NCBI GenBank assembly: GCA_963721455.1
Contig: CAVRJG010000064.1
Location: 1 to 64,000 of the forward strand
Length of the DNA: 64,000 nucleotides
DNA from: an uncultured Methanosarcinaceae archaeon
Lineage (GTDB): Archaea > Halobacteriota > Methanosarcinia > Methanosarcinales > Methanosarcinaceae
Direction: 5' to 3'
The notes below the pieces were generated by a model that searched no databases, was not told where the DNA came from, and saw only the letters and a program-made list of their open reading frames with translations. Shown in pieces: positions 8,185 through 19,178 of the stretch. Within the stretch, counting starts at the first letter, position 1, and each line of letters starts with the position of its first letter. The position numbers were made by a program, and so were the translations under genes.

Positions 8185-9699
8185 ATGGACCTGTATCGGA
8201 AGAAGTTCGCCGTGCTCGACCTGACCCACGGCGGCATTCCCATAGCAGAAAAACTTGCAGCCGCTGGAAGTGAAGTGACTGGAATAGATGTCTACGGGAC
8301 TGTCGATCCCGGACTGCTGCTCGAGCTTGAGGAAAAACACGGGATACACTGCTCAAAAACTCCTCTTCCGGCATCCGGATACGATCTTCTCTTAGCGCCT
8401 GTACACCTGGACTCTGCTTATCCGATGCTTGCAGAAGCCCGAGCAGAAGGAAAAAGAGTCATCTCCCATCACGAGATTGTCGGGAAAATCCTCAAAGGCG
8501 ATTCGAGGCTTTCAGGCATAAAAACGGTCGAGGTTACGGGCGTAAAAGCAAAAACAAGCACTGCGTCCCTTCTTGCGGATATGCTCTCCAGACGGTTTGA
8601 AGTAGTGCTGCACACATCGCGGGGGCTTGAATACTGGAAAGGGGGTATTTCCTCCCTTATCAGCAGAGGCTTGAGCATAACTCCAGGAAGCATTCTTGTT
8701 GCAGTTGAGAAGGTTTTTGATGCAGGTCTCAGGCCGGATTTTTTTATCTTCGAAATCTCAATCGGAGGCACCGGGACTGCAGATTTCGGGGTTCTCACAA
8801 CCCTTTCGCCTGACTATGGGATTGCAAACAATACTGCCTTTGCAAGCGAAGCAAAACTCCAGCTTGTCAGGAATGCAAAACCCGGAAGTACACTTCTCAT
8901 TAATGCAGGAGCCGAAATAGCCCTTAAAGCCGCAAAAGAGAGTCCGGCAAAGGTTCTAACCTTCAAAGACCCTTTCAATGCGGAGCTTCTCGAAACCGCA
9001 AATCAGGCCGCTGATTTTGTGCTGGAAACCGGGTGCAAGATTGCAGCACCATCAGTGCCTTCAGGATTGTCAATGTCCTCAGCTCTGCCAGGTTCATCAA
9101 TGCCCGCAGGATTATCGGAATTACCGGCTTCCCAGACATCCTCAGGCTCTGTGCTTCACTTTATGCACAAAAAGGATGAAATTTTCTCAGCTTCCCTGCT
9201 TCCAGGATACAATATTTCGGCCTACATGACTGCTTTTATCGCAGCATCTGCAGCCGCCCTCGAACTTGAAGTTGAACGTGAAGCTGTTGTTGCAGTGCTT
9301 GAGGGATTCAGAGGACTCTCAGGTAGGATGCAGGAAAGGGAAATGAATGGCATTGCCCTGATAGATAATTCCAACTCCGGCATGGATATTCTCTCTGCCG
9401 AAAAAGCCCTTGAGTATGCCCTCCTGAAGAAAAAGGATGAAAAAAAGGAAGGTATCATCCTTGTCCTCGGAGAAGAAGCCTCTCAGGTCTGTGAAGGGCT
9501 GCCCCCTGAATCAGTGCAGGGTTTCGTGGAAAAATTCGGTACAAAATGCAGGCAGATTGTCCTGGTAGGAGAAAGGATGAAGGCGGTAGTTGCCGGAAAT
9601 ACCTCTTATGCAGATAGCCTTCCGGAAGGGCTCTCAAAAGCGTCTGAACTTGCAGGCGGGGACGATATAATACTTTCTTCAGTAAAGTGCTTCCGTTAA
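8185..9699 (+). CDS. cfbE: Coenzyme F430 synthetase (Mur-ligase-like)
   Basis: [23 protein letters not shown] and QVCEG motifs, plus cluster context. Confidence 0.93.
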   Translation: MDLYRKKFAVLDLTHGGIPIAEKLAAAGSEVTGIDVYGTVDPGLLLELEEKHGIHCSKTPLPASGYDLLLAPVHLDSAYPMLAEARAEGKRVISHHEIVGKILKGDSRLSGIKTVEVTGVKAKTSTASLLADMLSRRFEVVLHTSRGLEYWKGGISSLISRGLSITPGSILVAVEKVFDAGLRPDFFIFEISIGGTGTADFGVLTTLSPDYGIANNTAFASEAKLQLVRNAKPGSTLLINAGAEIALKAAKESPAKVLTFKDPFNAELLETANQAADFVLETGCKIAAPSVPSGLSMSSALPGSSMPAGLSELPASQTSSGSVLHFMHKKDEIFSASLLPGYNISAYMTAFIAASAAALELEVEREAVVAVLEGFRGLSGRMQEREMNGIALIDNSNSGMDILSAEKALEYALLKKKDEKKEGIILVLGEEASQVCEGLPPESVQGFVEKFGTKCRQIVLVGERMKAVVAGNTSYADSLPEGLSKASELAGGDDIILSSVKCFR

Positions 9700-10042
9700 A
9701 GATTTCCTTTACGAAGTGCTTTGCTGAGTAAGTGCTGAGTAAGTGCCAGGTAATTGCCGGATAACTTCTGCCCGGATAACAATATCGGATATTAGTCCAT
9801 ATCAGTCGGATACTGGATAGGATAAGGCTGCAGGCATTTGCCGGAATTTTTATGATAGAGTTTTATACAGGCTCTTCCAATCTGTATCCGTTTCCATTGC
9901 TTATTTAAACTTCAACTGATCGTGTTTCCCGACCCAGCTTGCGGTACAGGCGGTAGTCCGGATCCCGCGGGATACGGGAACCTTCTGAAGGAAACACACT
10001 CCATCATTCCTATCAGTATCCACATTATCAGAATAAGAGGAT

Positions 10043-11161
10043 TTGTCAATGACTGGAAAAGAGATTTCAATCATCCACCCCCGTCCGAGTTCCATCGTTG
10101 CGGCTCTTTACACTCTCAGGGACTTAAATGTTGATGTCGCGATCCTGCACGGGCCTCCAGGCTGTTCTTTCAAACATGCGAGGCTGCTCGAAGAGGATGG
10201 CATACATGTCGTTACTACAGGCCTTGATGAGAACAGTTTCGTTTTCGGAGGGCATGACCGGCTTGTAGAGGTGATAAACAAGTCAGTCGAACTCTTCAAC
10301 CCTAAAATTATCGGCGTTGTCGGAACCTGTGCCAGCATGATCATAGGGGAAGAAATGCATGAAGCCGTGCTCGAGGCAAACCCGGACGTCCCTGTAATTG
10401 AAGTTGAGGTGCATGCAGGCTACCACAACAATACAAGAGGCGTGCTCTTTGCCCTGGAATCCGCACTCGACGCCGGGATTATCGACCATAAAGAGTTTGA
10501 GCGCCAGGAGTATCTCCTTGCAAAAGCCACAGACGTGGAAAAGAGGTTCGGGGCTGCAAGCAGGGAATACCTTGCTCCTTCCCGCGGAGATGTCAAATAT
10601 AAGGTAGCAAGGCGCGTAATCCAGCTCCTTAAGGAAGGCAAGAAGGGCCTTGTCATCATGAACGCCAAAAAAGAAACCGGCTACATGTTTGCAGACATTA
10701 CGCTTGCGGTCAACGAGGTTGCAGCAGCTCTGGGAAAAAAGGAAAACCTTGTTAATATGGCAAATCTCGACCCCAAGCTCGGGCTTCCGAGAGTCAGACA
10801 GCACGCCGAATACATAATGAGGGACCTGAAAGCACACGGGGTTGAGATACATGAAATCATCGGCGGAATGGACGAGTATCCTGTTGCCGGAGAAAAGGTC
10901 AGCGAACTGATAACGGAAAAATATAGTGATTACGATTTTGCGGTCATTACCGGTGTTCCGCACGCTATCCCGATGGAGAGCATACGGCATATGGAGTTGA
11001 TCTCAGTCACTAACGGTCCGAGGCAGGTCCTGCCCTTAAAAGAGATGGGTCACGAGTATGTTCTTGTCGAAATTGACCTTCACCCGAAAACCCTGGGGGT
11101 CAGCAAGATAGTGGAATCCGAGTTTGGAGCCACTTTAAGGGAAATTGCAAAGGAAGTATGA
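10043..11161 (+). CDS. cfbD: Ni-sirohydrochlorin a,c-diamide reductive cyclase, catalytic (NifD-like) subunit
   Basis: [32 protein letters not shown]. Likely start is ATG 10049. Confidence 0.95.
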   Translation: MSMTGKEISIIHPRPSSIVAALYTLRDLNVDVAILHGPPGCSFKHARLLEEDGIHVVTTGLDENSFVFGGHDRLVEVINKSVELFNPKIIGVVGTCASMIIGEEMHEAVLEANPDVPVIEVEVHAGYHNNTRGVLFALESALDAGIIDHKEFERQEYLLAKATDVEKRFGAASREYLAPSRGDVKYKVARRVIQLLKEGKKGLVIMNAKKETGYMFADITLAVNEVAAALGKKENLVNMANLDPKLGLPRVRQHAEYIMRDLKAHGVEIHEIIGGMDEYPVAGEKVSELITEKYSDYDFAVITGVPHAIPMESIRHMELISVTNGPRQVLPLKEMGHEYVLVEIDLHPKTLGVSKIVESEFGATLREIAKEV

Positions 11162-11198
11162 GCGAGAAGAGCCTGGATAAAATCAGGAGGAAGATCCT

Positions 11199-11996
11199 TT
11201 GAAAAAACAAAAGATCATAGCAATCTACGGGAAAGGCGGCATAGGCAAGTCCAGTACGGCTTCAAACGTTGCAGCCGCCTGTGCGGAAGCAGGAAAGAAA
11301 GTCATGATCATAGGCTGCGACCCCAAGAGCGACTCGTCAATCACCCTGCTTGGGGGCAGAAGAATTCCAACCATCCTCGATCTCCTGCGCGAAGGCGTGG
11401 ATGTGAAGGAAGGAGATGTGGTTTTTGAAGGGTACGCAGGAGTGAAATGCGTGGAAGCAGGCGGCCCGGAGCCTGGCATAGGCTGTGCAGGGCGAGGGAT
11501 CATCGTTGCTATCCAGAAACTGAAAAGCATTTCAGGTGACCTCTTAAAAGAGCAGGATCTGATAATTTACGATGTGCCCGGAGACATTGTCTGCGGCGGG
11601 TTTGTGGCGCCTATCAGGAAGGGTTTCGTAAATGAGGCTTATGTCCTGACCTCAGGGGAATACATGCCCCTTTATGCAGCCAATAACATCTGCAAGGGCC
11701 TTTCCAAGATAGGAATGCCGCTCAGCGGTATAATATGCAATTCCAGAAATGCGGGCAGGGAAGAAGAAATTGTTACGAAGTTTGCCGAGGAGATCGGCAG
11801 CCAGCTTATGGCTTTTATCCCGAAGAGGCAGGCAGTTCAGGACTGTGAACGGGAAGGCTACTCGGTAATGGAAAAGGCACCTGAATCCGATATTGCAGAC
11901 ATCTACCGCAAGCTTGGAAAAGCAATTCTTGAAAATGAAACCAGAGTTACAGCTGACTCTCTGAGTGACGAGCGGTTGAGGGAATTGACAAAATGA
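11199..11996 (+). CDS. cfbC: Reductive cyclase ATP-dependent reductase (NifH-like) subunit
   Basis: [30 protein letters not shown]. Confidence 0.95.
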   Translation: MKKQKIIAIYGKGGIGKSSTASNVAAACAEAGKKVMIIGCDPKSDSSITLLGGRRIPTILDLLREGVDVKEGDVVFEGYAGVKCVEAGGPEPGIGCAGRGIIVAIQKLKSISGDLLKEQDLIIYDVPGDIVCGGFVAPIRKGFVNEAYVLTSGEYMPLYAANNICKGLSKIGMPLSGIICNSRNAGREEEIVTKFAEEIGSQLMAFIPKRQAVQDCEREGYSVMEKAPESDIADIYRKLGKAILENETRVTADSLSDERLRELTK

Positions 11997-12116
11997 CCTG
12001 CAGTGATAATAAACTGCGATAAGCTGCAATGACAATAAACTGCCAGATTACATAAGTTTCAATAACTTCCAGGCAAAGCGAATTACCGGGTAAAATAAAA
12101 TCAGGGGTATTGAAAA

Positions 12117-13607
12117 ATGTCTAACGAAAAACAAGCCGGAACGGGGGCAGGAAGTATCCCCAGGGTCCTTATTTCCGCAGACCGTTCCTCTTCAGGCAAG
12201 ACAACAATTTCCATGGGCCTGATGGCTGCCCTCGTTTCAAGGGGATATAAAGTCCAGCCCTTCAAAGTCGCCCTGGACTATATCGACCCAAGCTACCATA
12301 CTGAAATAACTGGCAGGTTCTGCCGGAACCTTGACGGCTACCTTATGGATGAGAATGGGATTCTGGATGTCTACACCCATGCCTGTGAAGTCGGAGACCA
12401 GGCTGATATTGCAGTCATCGAAGGAGTCCGCGGGCTTTACGAGGGGTTCGAAAGCTTAAGCGACCTTGGAAGCACTGCTCAGGTCGCAAAGATCCTCAAA
12501 TGCCCGGTAATTTTGGTAATCAATGCCCGGAGCATTACCCGTTCGAGCGCTGCCCTTGTCAGCGGATACAAAAATTTCGATACTGATGTGGAGATTGCAG
12601 GAGTAATCCTTAACAACATAGGAAGCCGCCGCCATGCCGAAAAAGCAAAAGAGGCAATAGAATACTATACCGGCGTTCCGGTTATAGGGGTAGTTCCAAG
12701 GGACCAGTCAATGCAAATTTCCATGCGCCACCTGGGGCTTATGCCGGCTCTCGAAGGCAGAAGAAGGCTTGGAGACGGAGGCTTTGAAGATAGGTTAAAA
12801 GGTATTGAGGAGATCATCAACAGGGGAATTGATGTAGACCGCTTCCTGAAAATCGCAAGCAGCGCAAAACCCCTGAAAAGCCCTGAAAATAGCGTTTTTT
12901 ATTCTATTCCCAATGCCGGAACATGCAGGCCGAAGATAGGTGTCGCCCTGGATGAAGCTTTCAACTTCTATTATCACGATAACATCGACCTTCTGGAACT
13001 TGCAGGCGCAGAGATTGTTTACTTCAGCCCTGTTAAAGACCCCACGCTTCCTGAGGTTGACGGGCTTTATATCGGGGGCGGTTATCCCGAGCTTTTTGCA
13101 GCCGAACTTGAAGCTAACGAGTCCATGCGCCAGGATATTAAAATGGCTTCTGCTGCAGGCATGCCTATTTATGCCGAGTGCGGGGGGCTTATGTACCTCA
13201 CGGAGAAAATAAGCACAGGTGTCCCCGGAAAAGGCACTTACCACGATGCATCAATGCCAGAGTCCACGTATTCTATGGTCGGGGCGCTTCCAGGGCATAC
13301 GATCATGGGGCAGACCAGAGTGGTCAGCTACAATATCGGAACTCTTGAGAAGGACTGCCTTATCGGGAAAAAAGGCAACAGCTTCAAAGGGCATGAGTTC
13401 CATCACTCCGAAATCAGGGAAATTCCCGAGGATGCGGAATTTGCAATAACCCTGTCAAGGGGGACAGGGATACAGGATGACAGGGACGGGCTTATTTCCG
13501 GAAATACCCTTGGCTCTTATGCCCACCTGCATGGGGTTGCGTACCGGGAGCTCGCAGGCTCATTTGTAGAAGCTGCCAGGAAATTCCGGGATAAGGATCT
13601 TCCGTAA
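12117..13607 (+). CDS. cfbB: Ni-sirohydrochlorin a,c-diamide synthase
   Basis: CbiA/CobB-like: SSSGKTT, DYIDPSYH, AECGGLMYL, GHEFHHS. Confidence 0.95.
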   Translation: MSNEKQAGTGAGSIPRVLISADRSSSGKTTISMGLMAALVSRGYKVQPFKVALDYIDPSYHTEITGRFCRNLDGYLMDENGILDVYTHACEVGDQADIAVIEGVRGLYEGFESLSDLGSTAQVAKILKCPVILVINARSITRSSAALVSGYKNFDTDVEIAGVILNNIGSRRHAEKAKEAIEYYTGVPVIGVVPRDQSMQISMRHLGLMPALEGRRRLGDGGFEDRLKGIEEIINRGIDVDRFLKIASSAKPLKSPENSVFYSIPNAGTCRPKIGVALDEAFNFYYHDNIDLLELAGAEIVYFSPVKDPTLPEVDGLYIGGGYPELFAAELEANESMRQDIKMASAAGMPIYAECGGLMYLTEKISTGVPGKGTYHDASMPESTYSMVGALPGHTIMGQTRVVSYNIGTLEKDCLIGKKGNSFKGHEFHHSEIREIPEDAEFAITLSRGTGIQDDRDGLISGNTLGSYAHLHGVAYRELAGSFVEAARKFRDKDLP

Positions 13608-13735
13608 CGTGTCATGTATACAGGTGATATATAGTGGTTATAATGAGCCATACTTGGTTATAATGAGCCCGCGCAAAACATTACAGATGCAGTCTGAAGC
13701 CTTTGCATGTAGAAAAAACAATATTATATTAAGCC

Positions 13736-13825
13736 AGATTATAGCAAGTTAGATTATAACAAACTGGATTATAGCAAATTAGATTATAGCAAATTAGATT
13801 ATAACAAATCAGATTATAGCAAACT
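13736..13825. repeat. 15-bp degenerate tandem repeat x6 (AGATTATAGCAAATT)
   Basis: Read directly upstream of endA. Confidence 0.9.
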
Positions 13826-13863
13826 AAATAAAATAACTTATTTTCATTTTATTTTCTTTTCAG

Positions 13864-14925
13864 GTGAACCTATTGAAAACACAACTTAAAGGAGACCGGG
13901 TCCTTGCCGGAAAGGAAGCGGTAGCCGAACTTTATAAAACAGGTTATTTCGGGCGCCCTAAGGGTGACGGGCTCGAACTCTCGCTTGTAGAAGCTGCCTT
14001 CCTTTTGTCCAGAGGAAAGCTCGAGATCGAACTCGAAGGCAAACTGCTTGATTTCAGGACCTTTTTCGAACAGGCTTCTCTGAGGCAGCCGAATTTTGAG
14101 TTGAAGTACATAGTTTATAAGGACCTTAAAGAGCGGGGGTATTACGTCCAGCCGTCAGCTGCGGATTTCAGGGTATACCCCAGAGGTAGCCATCCAGGCA
14201 AAAGTGCGGCAACGATTTTTGTCCATGTTCAGTCGGAAAGGCAGCTCCTTTCCGTAAAACTTCTGCAGGAATCGGTTGCTTCGGCAGAAAACGTGCACAA
14301 GCAGTTTATCCTTGCTGTGGTGGATGAAGAAAGTGACCTTACTTTCTATGAGGTTAAAACTGCAGTTCCTGAAGGGAAAATGTCTGAACCCTATCCTGCA
14401 GTCAAAACCGATGCTACCTTCCTGGAAGACAGGGTAATAGCCTGGGATGCTCAGGCTTCCGAAACTCTGTATGCAAGGGGATTTTACGGGAAAATGCTTG
14501 ATTCAGAAAGGCTGCAGCTCTCCCTGGTAGAGTCCCTTTACCTTTTTTCCAGAGGCGTCATAATGGTTCGGGACAGAAAAGGCGAAGTGTTTTCATTCGA
14601 CAAGTTTACTGAGAAAGCCTCGGAAATCGAGAGCTCTTTCCTGAGAAAGTACAGTGCATATAAAACCCTCCGGGACTCAGGGCATGTGGTCAAAACCGGC
14701 TTTAAGTTCGGAACGAATTTCAGGGTATACAGAAAAGTCGAGTCAATAGAAAAAATTCCGCATTCAGAATACCTTGTAAATGTCATCCCTGCAGATTTCG
14801 ATTTCAGGCTTCCGGTTATGTCCGGAGCTGTCCGGCTTGCAAACAGCGTGCGCAAGGCAATGCTTTTTGCAGTCGAGAAAGAGGGAGAGGTTGAGTACCT
14901 GGACATCAGCAGAATTAAAATGTGA
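13864..14925 (+). CDS. endA: tRNA-splicing endonuclease (two-unit homodimeric type)
   Basis: Two endonuclease repeats: LSLVEAAFL/VYKDLKERGY and KTGFKFGTNFRVY...HSEY. Confidence 0.95.
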   Translation: MNLLKTQLKGDRVLAGKEAVAELYKTGYFGRPKGDGLELSLVEAAFLLSRGKLEIELEGKLLDFRTFFEQASLRQPNFELKYIVYKDLKERGYYVQPSAADFRVYPRGSHPGKSAATIFVHVQSERQLLSVKLLQESVASAENVHKQFILAVVDEESDLTFYEVKTAVPEGKMSEPYPAVKTDATFLEDRVIAWDAQASETLYARGFYGKMLDSERLQLSLVESLYLFSRGVIMVRDRKGEVFSFDKFTEKASEIESSFLRKYSAYKTLRDSGHVVKTGFKFGTNFRVYRKVESIEKIPHSEYLVNVIPADFDFRLPVMSGAVRLANSVRKAMLFAVEKEGEVEYLDISRIKM

Positions 14926-15014
14926 TACTATGAGGGCGCTTTCCCTTCAATAATGTGATCGTTTCCTTTACAATTTCATGAAAATGGGATCTCCGGCGCG
15001 AGGGCGAAGTATAC

Positions 15015-15410
15015 ATGTGGGATATTATTGCAGTGGACATCTCTGGCAGGCACAGGATTAAAGGAGGCTATTACATGGTCTGTGCTGCAGCAGCCCTGTC
15101 CGTCTCAGCTAACCATATTGAAAAGGTCAGGCAGATCAAGATCCTGCCCATCTGGCTTAAAAGAGCTCCCGGTTTGCTGGATATCGTACAGCTCATTGAG
15201 GATACGGCTGATCAGCTTTCCTTTGAGGGCACTATTGTGGCAGAAAAAGGGGATATGTACAATAAGCCCCTGTGGGTGCCGGAAAGTATGTTTACCAGGG
15301 CTTTCAAATATCAGGAATCCATTGCCGAGAGAAGGGCGATAGAACTTGTACACCACATTTCTCTGAGCGCACGCAATTTATTGATTAACGAACTTCAAAT
15401 CGAGGCATGA
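15015..15410 (+). CDS. Conserved archaeal protein (DUF2209-like, RNase H-fold-like)
   Basis: IIAVDISGRH...YYMVCA motif. Its stop overlaps the hflX start (ATGA). Confidence 0.7.
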   Translation: MWDIIAVDISGRHRIKGGYYMVCAAAALSVSANHIEKVRQIKILPIWLKRAPGLLDIVQLIEDTADQLSFEGTIVAEKGDMYNKPLWVPESMFTRAFKYQESIAERRAIELVHHISLSARNLLINELQIEA

Positions 15411-16693
15411 ATATTTCAGCAGAACACAAATTCGGTAACGAGAACAGGGTAATTCTCGTTAAAAGAACAGTTCCCAACTCAGATCCTGAACGTGAGGAAA
15501 ACCTATTCAAGGAACTTCAGGAACTCACAAGAGCTGCAGGTTACCTTCCGGTTGGCAAGCTTACTCAGACCAGGCATCCCGACTCAAGGTATCAGCTTGG
15601 GAGAGGGAAGATCGAGGAACTTGCCGAACTTGTGGGGAGCACGGGTGCAGAAAAGGTAATTTTCTATAACAGGCTTTCTACGACACAACTTTTCAATATC
15701 TCTGAAATCTGCGGATGCCAGGTTATCGACAAATTCCAGCTTATCCTTGAGATCTTTGCAAAAAGGGCAACTACTCACCGCTCAAAGCTCCAGGTGGAAC
15801 TGGCAAGGCTGAAGTACGAGGTGCCAAGGGCAAGAGCTATTGTTTCTCTCCTGAAGAAGGAGGAAAGGGCAGGGTTCATGGGGCTTGGAGATTACGAGGA
15901 TTCTTATGAACATGACCTGAAGAAAAGGATCGCAAGAATTGAAAGTGAGCTTGAATCTGCAGAAAAGGACGACGAATCCCTGAGGGCTTTCAGGCACAGG
16001 AAAGGCTTTTCCTTAATTTCCCTCGCAGGATACACAAATGCAGGAAAGAGCACTCTTTTTAATGCTATTGTGAATGAGAGTGTTGAGGTAAAGGATATGC
16101 TTTTTACAACGCTTGTGCCCATGACCCGCGCCCTGGACCTGGGAGGGCGAAAAGCCCTTTTGACCGATACCGTTGGGTTTATCGAGGATCTCCCCCACTG
16201 GCTGGTTGATGCCTTCAAGTCCACGCTGGACGAGATTTTCCTCTCGGATCTTATACTCCTGGTCGTCGATGCAAGCGAAAATCCAGAGATGGTCCTGCAG
16301 AAACTTTCGACAGCCCACGACACTCTCTGGGACCGGATTCAGGGAGTTCCTGTCATTACTGTGCTTAATAAGACCGATCTGCTTGACGAATCCGAACTTG
16401 ATGGTATTATGGAACAGATAGGCTATATGGCTCCCAATCCTGTTTTTGTTTCCGCAAAAGAGGGGGCCGGCATGACTGCGCTAAAAGCCGAGATCATCAA
16501 GCATCTGCCTGCCTGGTGTTTCTGCTCTCTTTCCCTTCCGAATTCTGAGAAAGGAATGTCACTTCTCTCCTGGCTGTACGAAGAGGGAATCGTGCACAGG
16601 GTTGAGTACGGAGAGCGGATCCTGGTTGACTATGAAGCCAGGACAGAGATCGTTAAGAGGGCTCAGGCTCTTTTAGAGGTCCGGGAAGACTGA
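15407..16693 (+). CDS. hflX: GTPase HflX
   Basis: LILEIFAKRA, GYTNAGKSTLFN, DTVGFI, NKTD. Confidence 0.95.
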   Translation: MNISAEHKFGNENRVILVKRTVPNSDPEREENLFKELQELTRAAGYLPVGKLTQTRHPDSRYQLGRGKIEELAELVGSTGAEKVIFYNRLSTTQLFNISEICGCQVIDKFQLILEIFAKRATTHRSKLQVELARLKYEVPRARAIVSLLKKEERAGFMGLGDYEDSYEHDLKKRIARIESELESAEKDDESLRAFRHRKGFSLISLAGYTNAGKSTLFNAIVNESVEVKDMLFTTLVPMTRALDLGGRKALLTDTVGFIEDLPHWLVDAFKSTLDEIFLSDLILLVVDASENPEMVLQKLSTAHDTLWDRIQGVPVITVLNKTDLLDESELDGIMEQIGYMAPNPVFVSAKEGAGMTALKAEIIKHLPAWCFCSLSLPNSEKGMSLLSWLYEEGIVHRVEYGERILVDYEARTEIVKRAQALLEVRED

Positions 16694-16875
16694 GAGTACC
16701 GGGGGAATTTTCAGGCCTTTCTGAAGAGTGAAAAGCTTTTTCAATTTTATAAAAGCTGCTGGAATATTGCCAGAGGGTTTTCCAATATCTATTTCTCAGG
16801 GAGTTTTTTGCACGGCTTGAGTACTGTTCGTATATATACGAAAAGTATTTATATACCAAAGTCGTTTGTTAACTT

Positions 16876-16969
16876 GCGAACGAGCGTCTACTGAAGACAT
16901 CAGACCCTCCTATATCCTAAACTATACCCTTAAAACCAGATTTTTTGCTATGTTATTGCTCGTTCGCAA
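16876..16969 (+). ncRNA. Candidate structured small RNA
   Basis: BRE/TATA GAAAAGTATTTATATA (16840-16855) places a start near 16876. 12-bp inverted repeat TTGCGAACGAGC (16874-16885)/GCTCGTTCGCAA (16958-16969). No ORF. Confidence 0.45.
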
Positions 16970-17098
16970 TTCCTCTTGACATTTCACCCTGATTTTCCGG
17001 GCATGGCTCGTTCGTAAACAAACGAATTATTTTATCGCAGCTTTTCTAAATTTCCGTTTCAAAATTTATATAAATTCAGTTCTCATCTTCGTATTAGT

Positions 17099-17773
17099 AT
17101 GAAATTCGATCTTCACGTACATTCCGATCATTCAAAAGATAGCAAATCGAGCCATGATGACATACTTGAAACTGCCCGTAAAAGAGGGCTTGAGGGATTT
17201 GCTATCTGTGACCATGATACCGTAGAAGGCGGGCTTGCCTGTGAAAGAAGAGCCCTTGAACTTGGCCTTGAAATTTCAGTCATTCCAGGAGTGGAGGTTA
17301 CCTCTTCGAAAGGGCACATCCTGGTTCTCGGAGTCAGGGAAAATATCGAGCCTTTACTGAGTCCGGAGGAAACGATCCGCAGGGCCCGGAAACTTGGAGG
17401 CACGGTTATCATTCCTCACCCTTTCAAGCGCAGTTCTCATGGGATAGGAAGCTTTGAAGGGCTTGATATTGATGCAGTTGAAGTATTCAATTCCCGCTGC
17501 CTTTTTAACGGGGCCAACCGTAAAGCTGCAATCGAAGCAAAGAGGCTTGGAATTCCGGGCGTTGCAGGAAGCGACTCCCATATTCCCGAAATGGTGGGGC
17601 AGGCATATACCGAGATCGATGCTTCCGAAAATACCCTGGAAGCCGTGCTGGAAGCGATCAGGGAAGGGAAAGTCGCCCCCGCAGGAAAAAACACGCCCAC
17701 ACACATTATTCTTGAACAGATGTCAGGAAGTGCAAAGCGAAAACTTCTAAAGAAATTGTTCGGAAAAATCTAA
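17099..17773 (+). CDS. PHP-domain metallo-phosphoesterase
   Basis: DLHVHS, ICDHD, GHIL, PHPF, GSDSH. Confidence 0.92.
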   Translation: MKFDLHVHSDHSKDSKSSHDDILETARKRGLEGFAICDHDTVEGGLACERRALELGLEISVIPGVEVTSSKGHILVLGVRENIEPLLSPEETIRRARKLGGTVIIPHPFKRSSHGIGSFEGLDIDAVEVFNSRCLFNGANRKAAIEAKRLGIPGVAGSDSHIPEMVGQAYTEIDASENTLEAVLEAIREGKVAPAGKNTPTHIILEQMSGSAKRKLLKKLFGKI

Positions 17774-18155
17774 CAAACTCAATATAAGAAATTCTCAGGG
17801 AAAGTGCAATTTTTCCTTAATTCTTCCTTATAACCTGCTTCATGGTCAATAAAAAAGTACAGTATGCGGCTTTGGGGAGATGAACAATGCCGTATTTTCT
17901 ACAGTATTTTTTTATTAATTTAACAAGTACAACAATAGACCTGTTTTACAAAGTCATTTTATAGAATATTTAACTTACATTGTCAATATCCTTTTAATTT
18001 CATAATTATTTTCACAATTAATGCTACAAATATAACAGGTATTATTATCGCGAGCGCAATCATTATTATTTCAACGATTCCTAACATTTGACAGCCTTCA
18101 TTTAAACTCTTTTTGTAGAACTTTTATATCTTTAAGTTTCTACAAAGCCAGAAAT

Positions 18156-18947
18156 TCAAATATCTTTTACCTGAACTGCTTCCTTTTGCAGGTGCGAAAA
18201 AAGGTCTGTACCCCATTTGAGGGCTTCAGGATCGAAACTGAACAGGCTTTCGTGTTCGAAAAACTTTATTTCGGGAAGAATGGTGAGCAGGAAGAACCTG
18301 TCTGTAACTGTAAAGCCTGCAAGTTTCGGATCTTTTGGGAAAAGAGATAGGTTGACATGTTCAAACTCAATCAAAGTTTGTAAATCTTCCCTGTAATCTG
18401 TTTTAAACCTCTGGAGCACGGGTTCGGTAAGCATTAGAGAAATTTCCGCCTCTTTTTTTGCAAGTTCGAGGTAGAGAGAGATTAGTGAGGGGTGGAAATA
18501 GGAACTGAAGCCCAGAACCTGCCTTGAAAGAAGCAGGTTTTCCACAAATTCGGGATTGAGTTCAAACATGTGGCTGAGGTCCGGACGGATAAGTTTGCAG
18601 TTTTTTAACTCCCCTATTCGCCTTCGTAAAACCTGTGGAATTCCTTCCAGATTTCGCCGTGACCAGTAATCGAAATTGTCTTCGAGAACTTCCAGGGTGT
18701 CCAGAAGAGGCGGCATTCTATCTACAATTGCCTTTCCCATAATGGAGAGTTCATAAGTATGGCCCTTCTGTATGACCAGTTTCCGGTCTTTCAGTTTTTT
18801 AAGCTGCGGAAGGATGGAAACGGAATCTACGCAAAGGTGATCCTGAATTTCACCCATAGATCTGGGCCTGTCTTTCAGAAAGAGGAGAAGATTTCTTCGT
18901 TTCTCAGACCGAAAGACCAGTTCCGTTAACCCGATTTTTGTCCCCAT
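18156..18947 (-). CDS. Winged-helix transcriptional regulator (Methanosarcina ArsR-like/DUF1724 type)
   Basis: N-terminal SEKRRNLLLFL...ILPQLKKL HTH, C-terminal ALKWGTDLF typical of the family. Confidence 0.85.
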   Translation of the reverse strand: MGTKIGLTELVFRSEKRRNLLLFLKDRPRSMGEIQDHLCVDSVSILPQLKKLKDRKLVIQKGHTYELSIMGKAIVDRMPPLLDTLEVLEDNFDYWSRRNLEGIPQVLRRRIGELKNCKLIRPDLSHMFELNPEFVENLLLSRQVLGFSSYFHPSLISLYLELAKKEAEISLMLTEPVLQRFKTDYREDLQTLIEFEHVNLSLFPKDPKLAGFTVTDRFFLLTILPEIKFFEHESLFSFDPEALKWGTDLFSHLQKEAVQVKDI

Positions 18948-19178
18948 CCTAACACCAGTAAGAAAAAAACTGCTGATGAGAAGATAGTGCGGTAGTTATT
19001 TATACATTTCCATTAATTTTACACACTTGCAGGGTGCTTCAAAAAATAAAGCAAATAAAGTGGGGCTGCAGGCGCTAAATTAACCTTAAAACAACCTTAA
19101 AACAATCTTAAAACAACCTTAACACAGTATAATTTTAAATAATAAGTTTAAAAAAGTGGGCAGGAGGATTTCGAGCAG

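Noticed and set aside
10043-11996. Nitrogenase nifD/nifH
   Set aside because: The short NifD-like protein and the chelatase/amidase/Mur-ligase context identify CfbD/CfbC of F430 synthesis.
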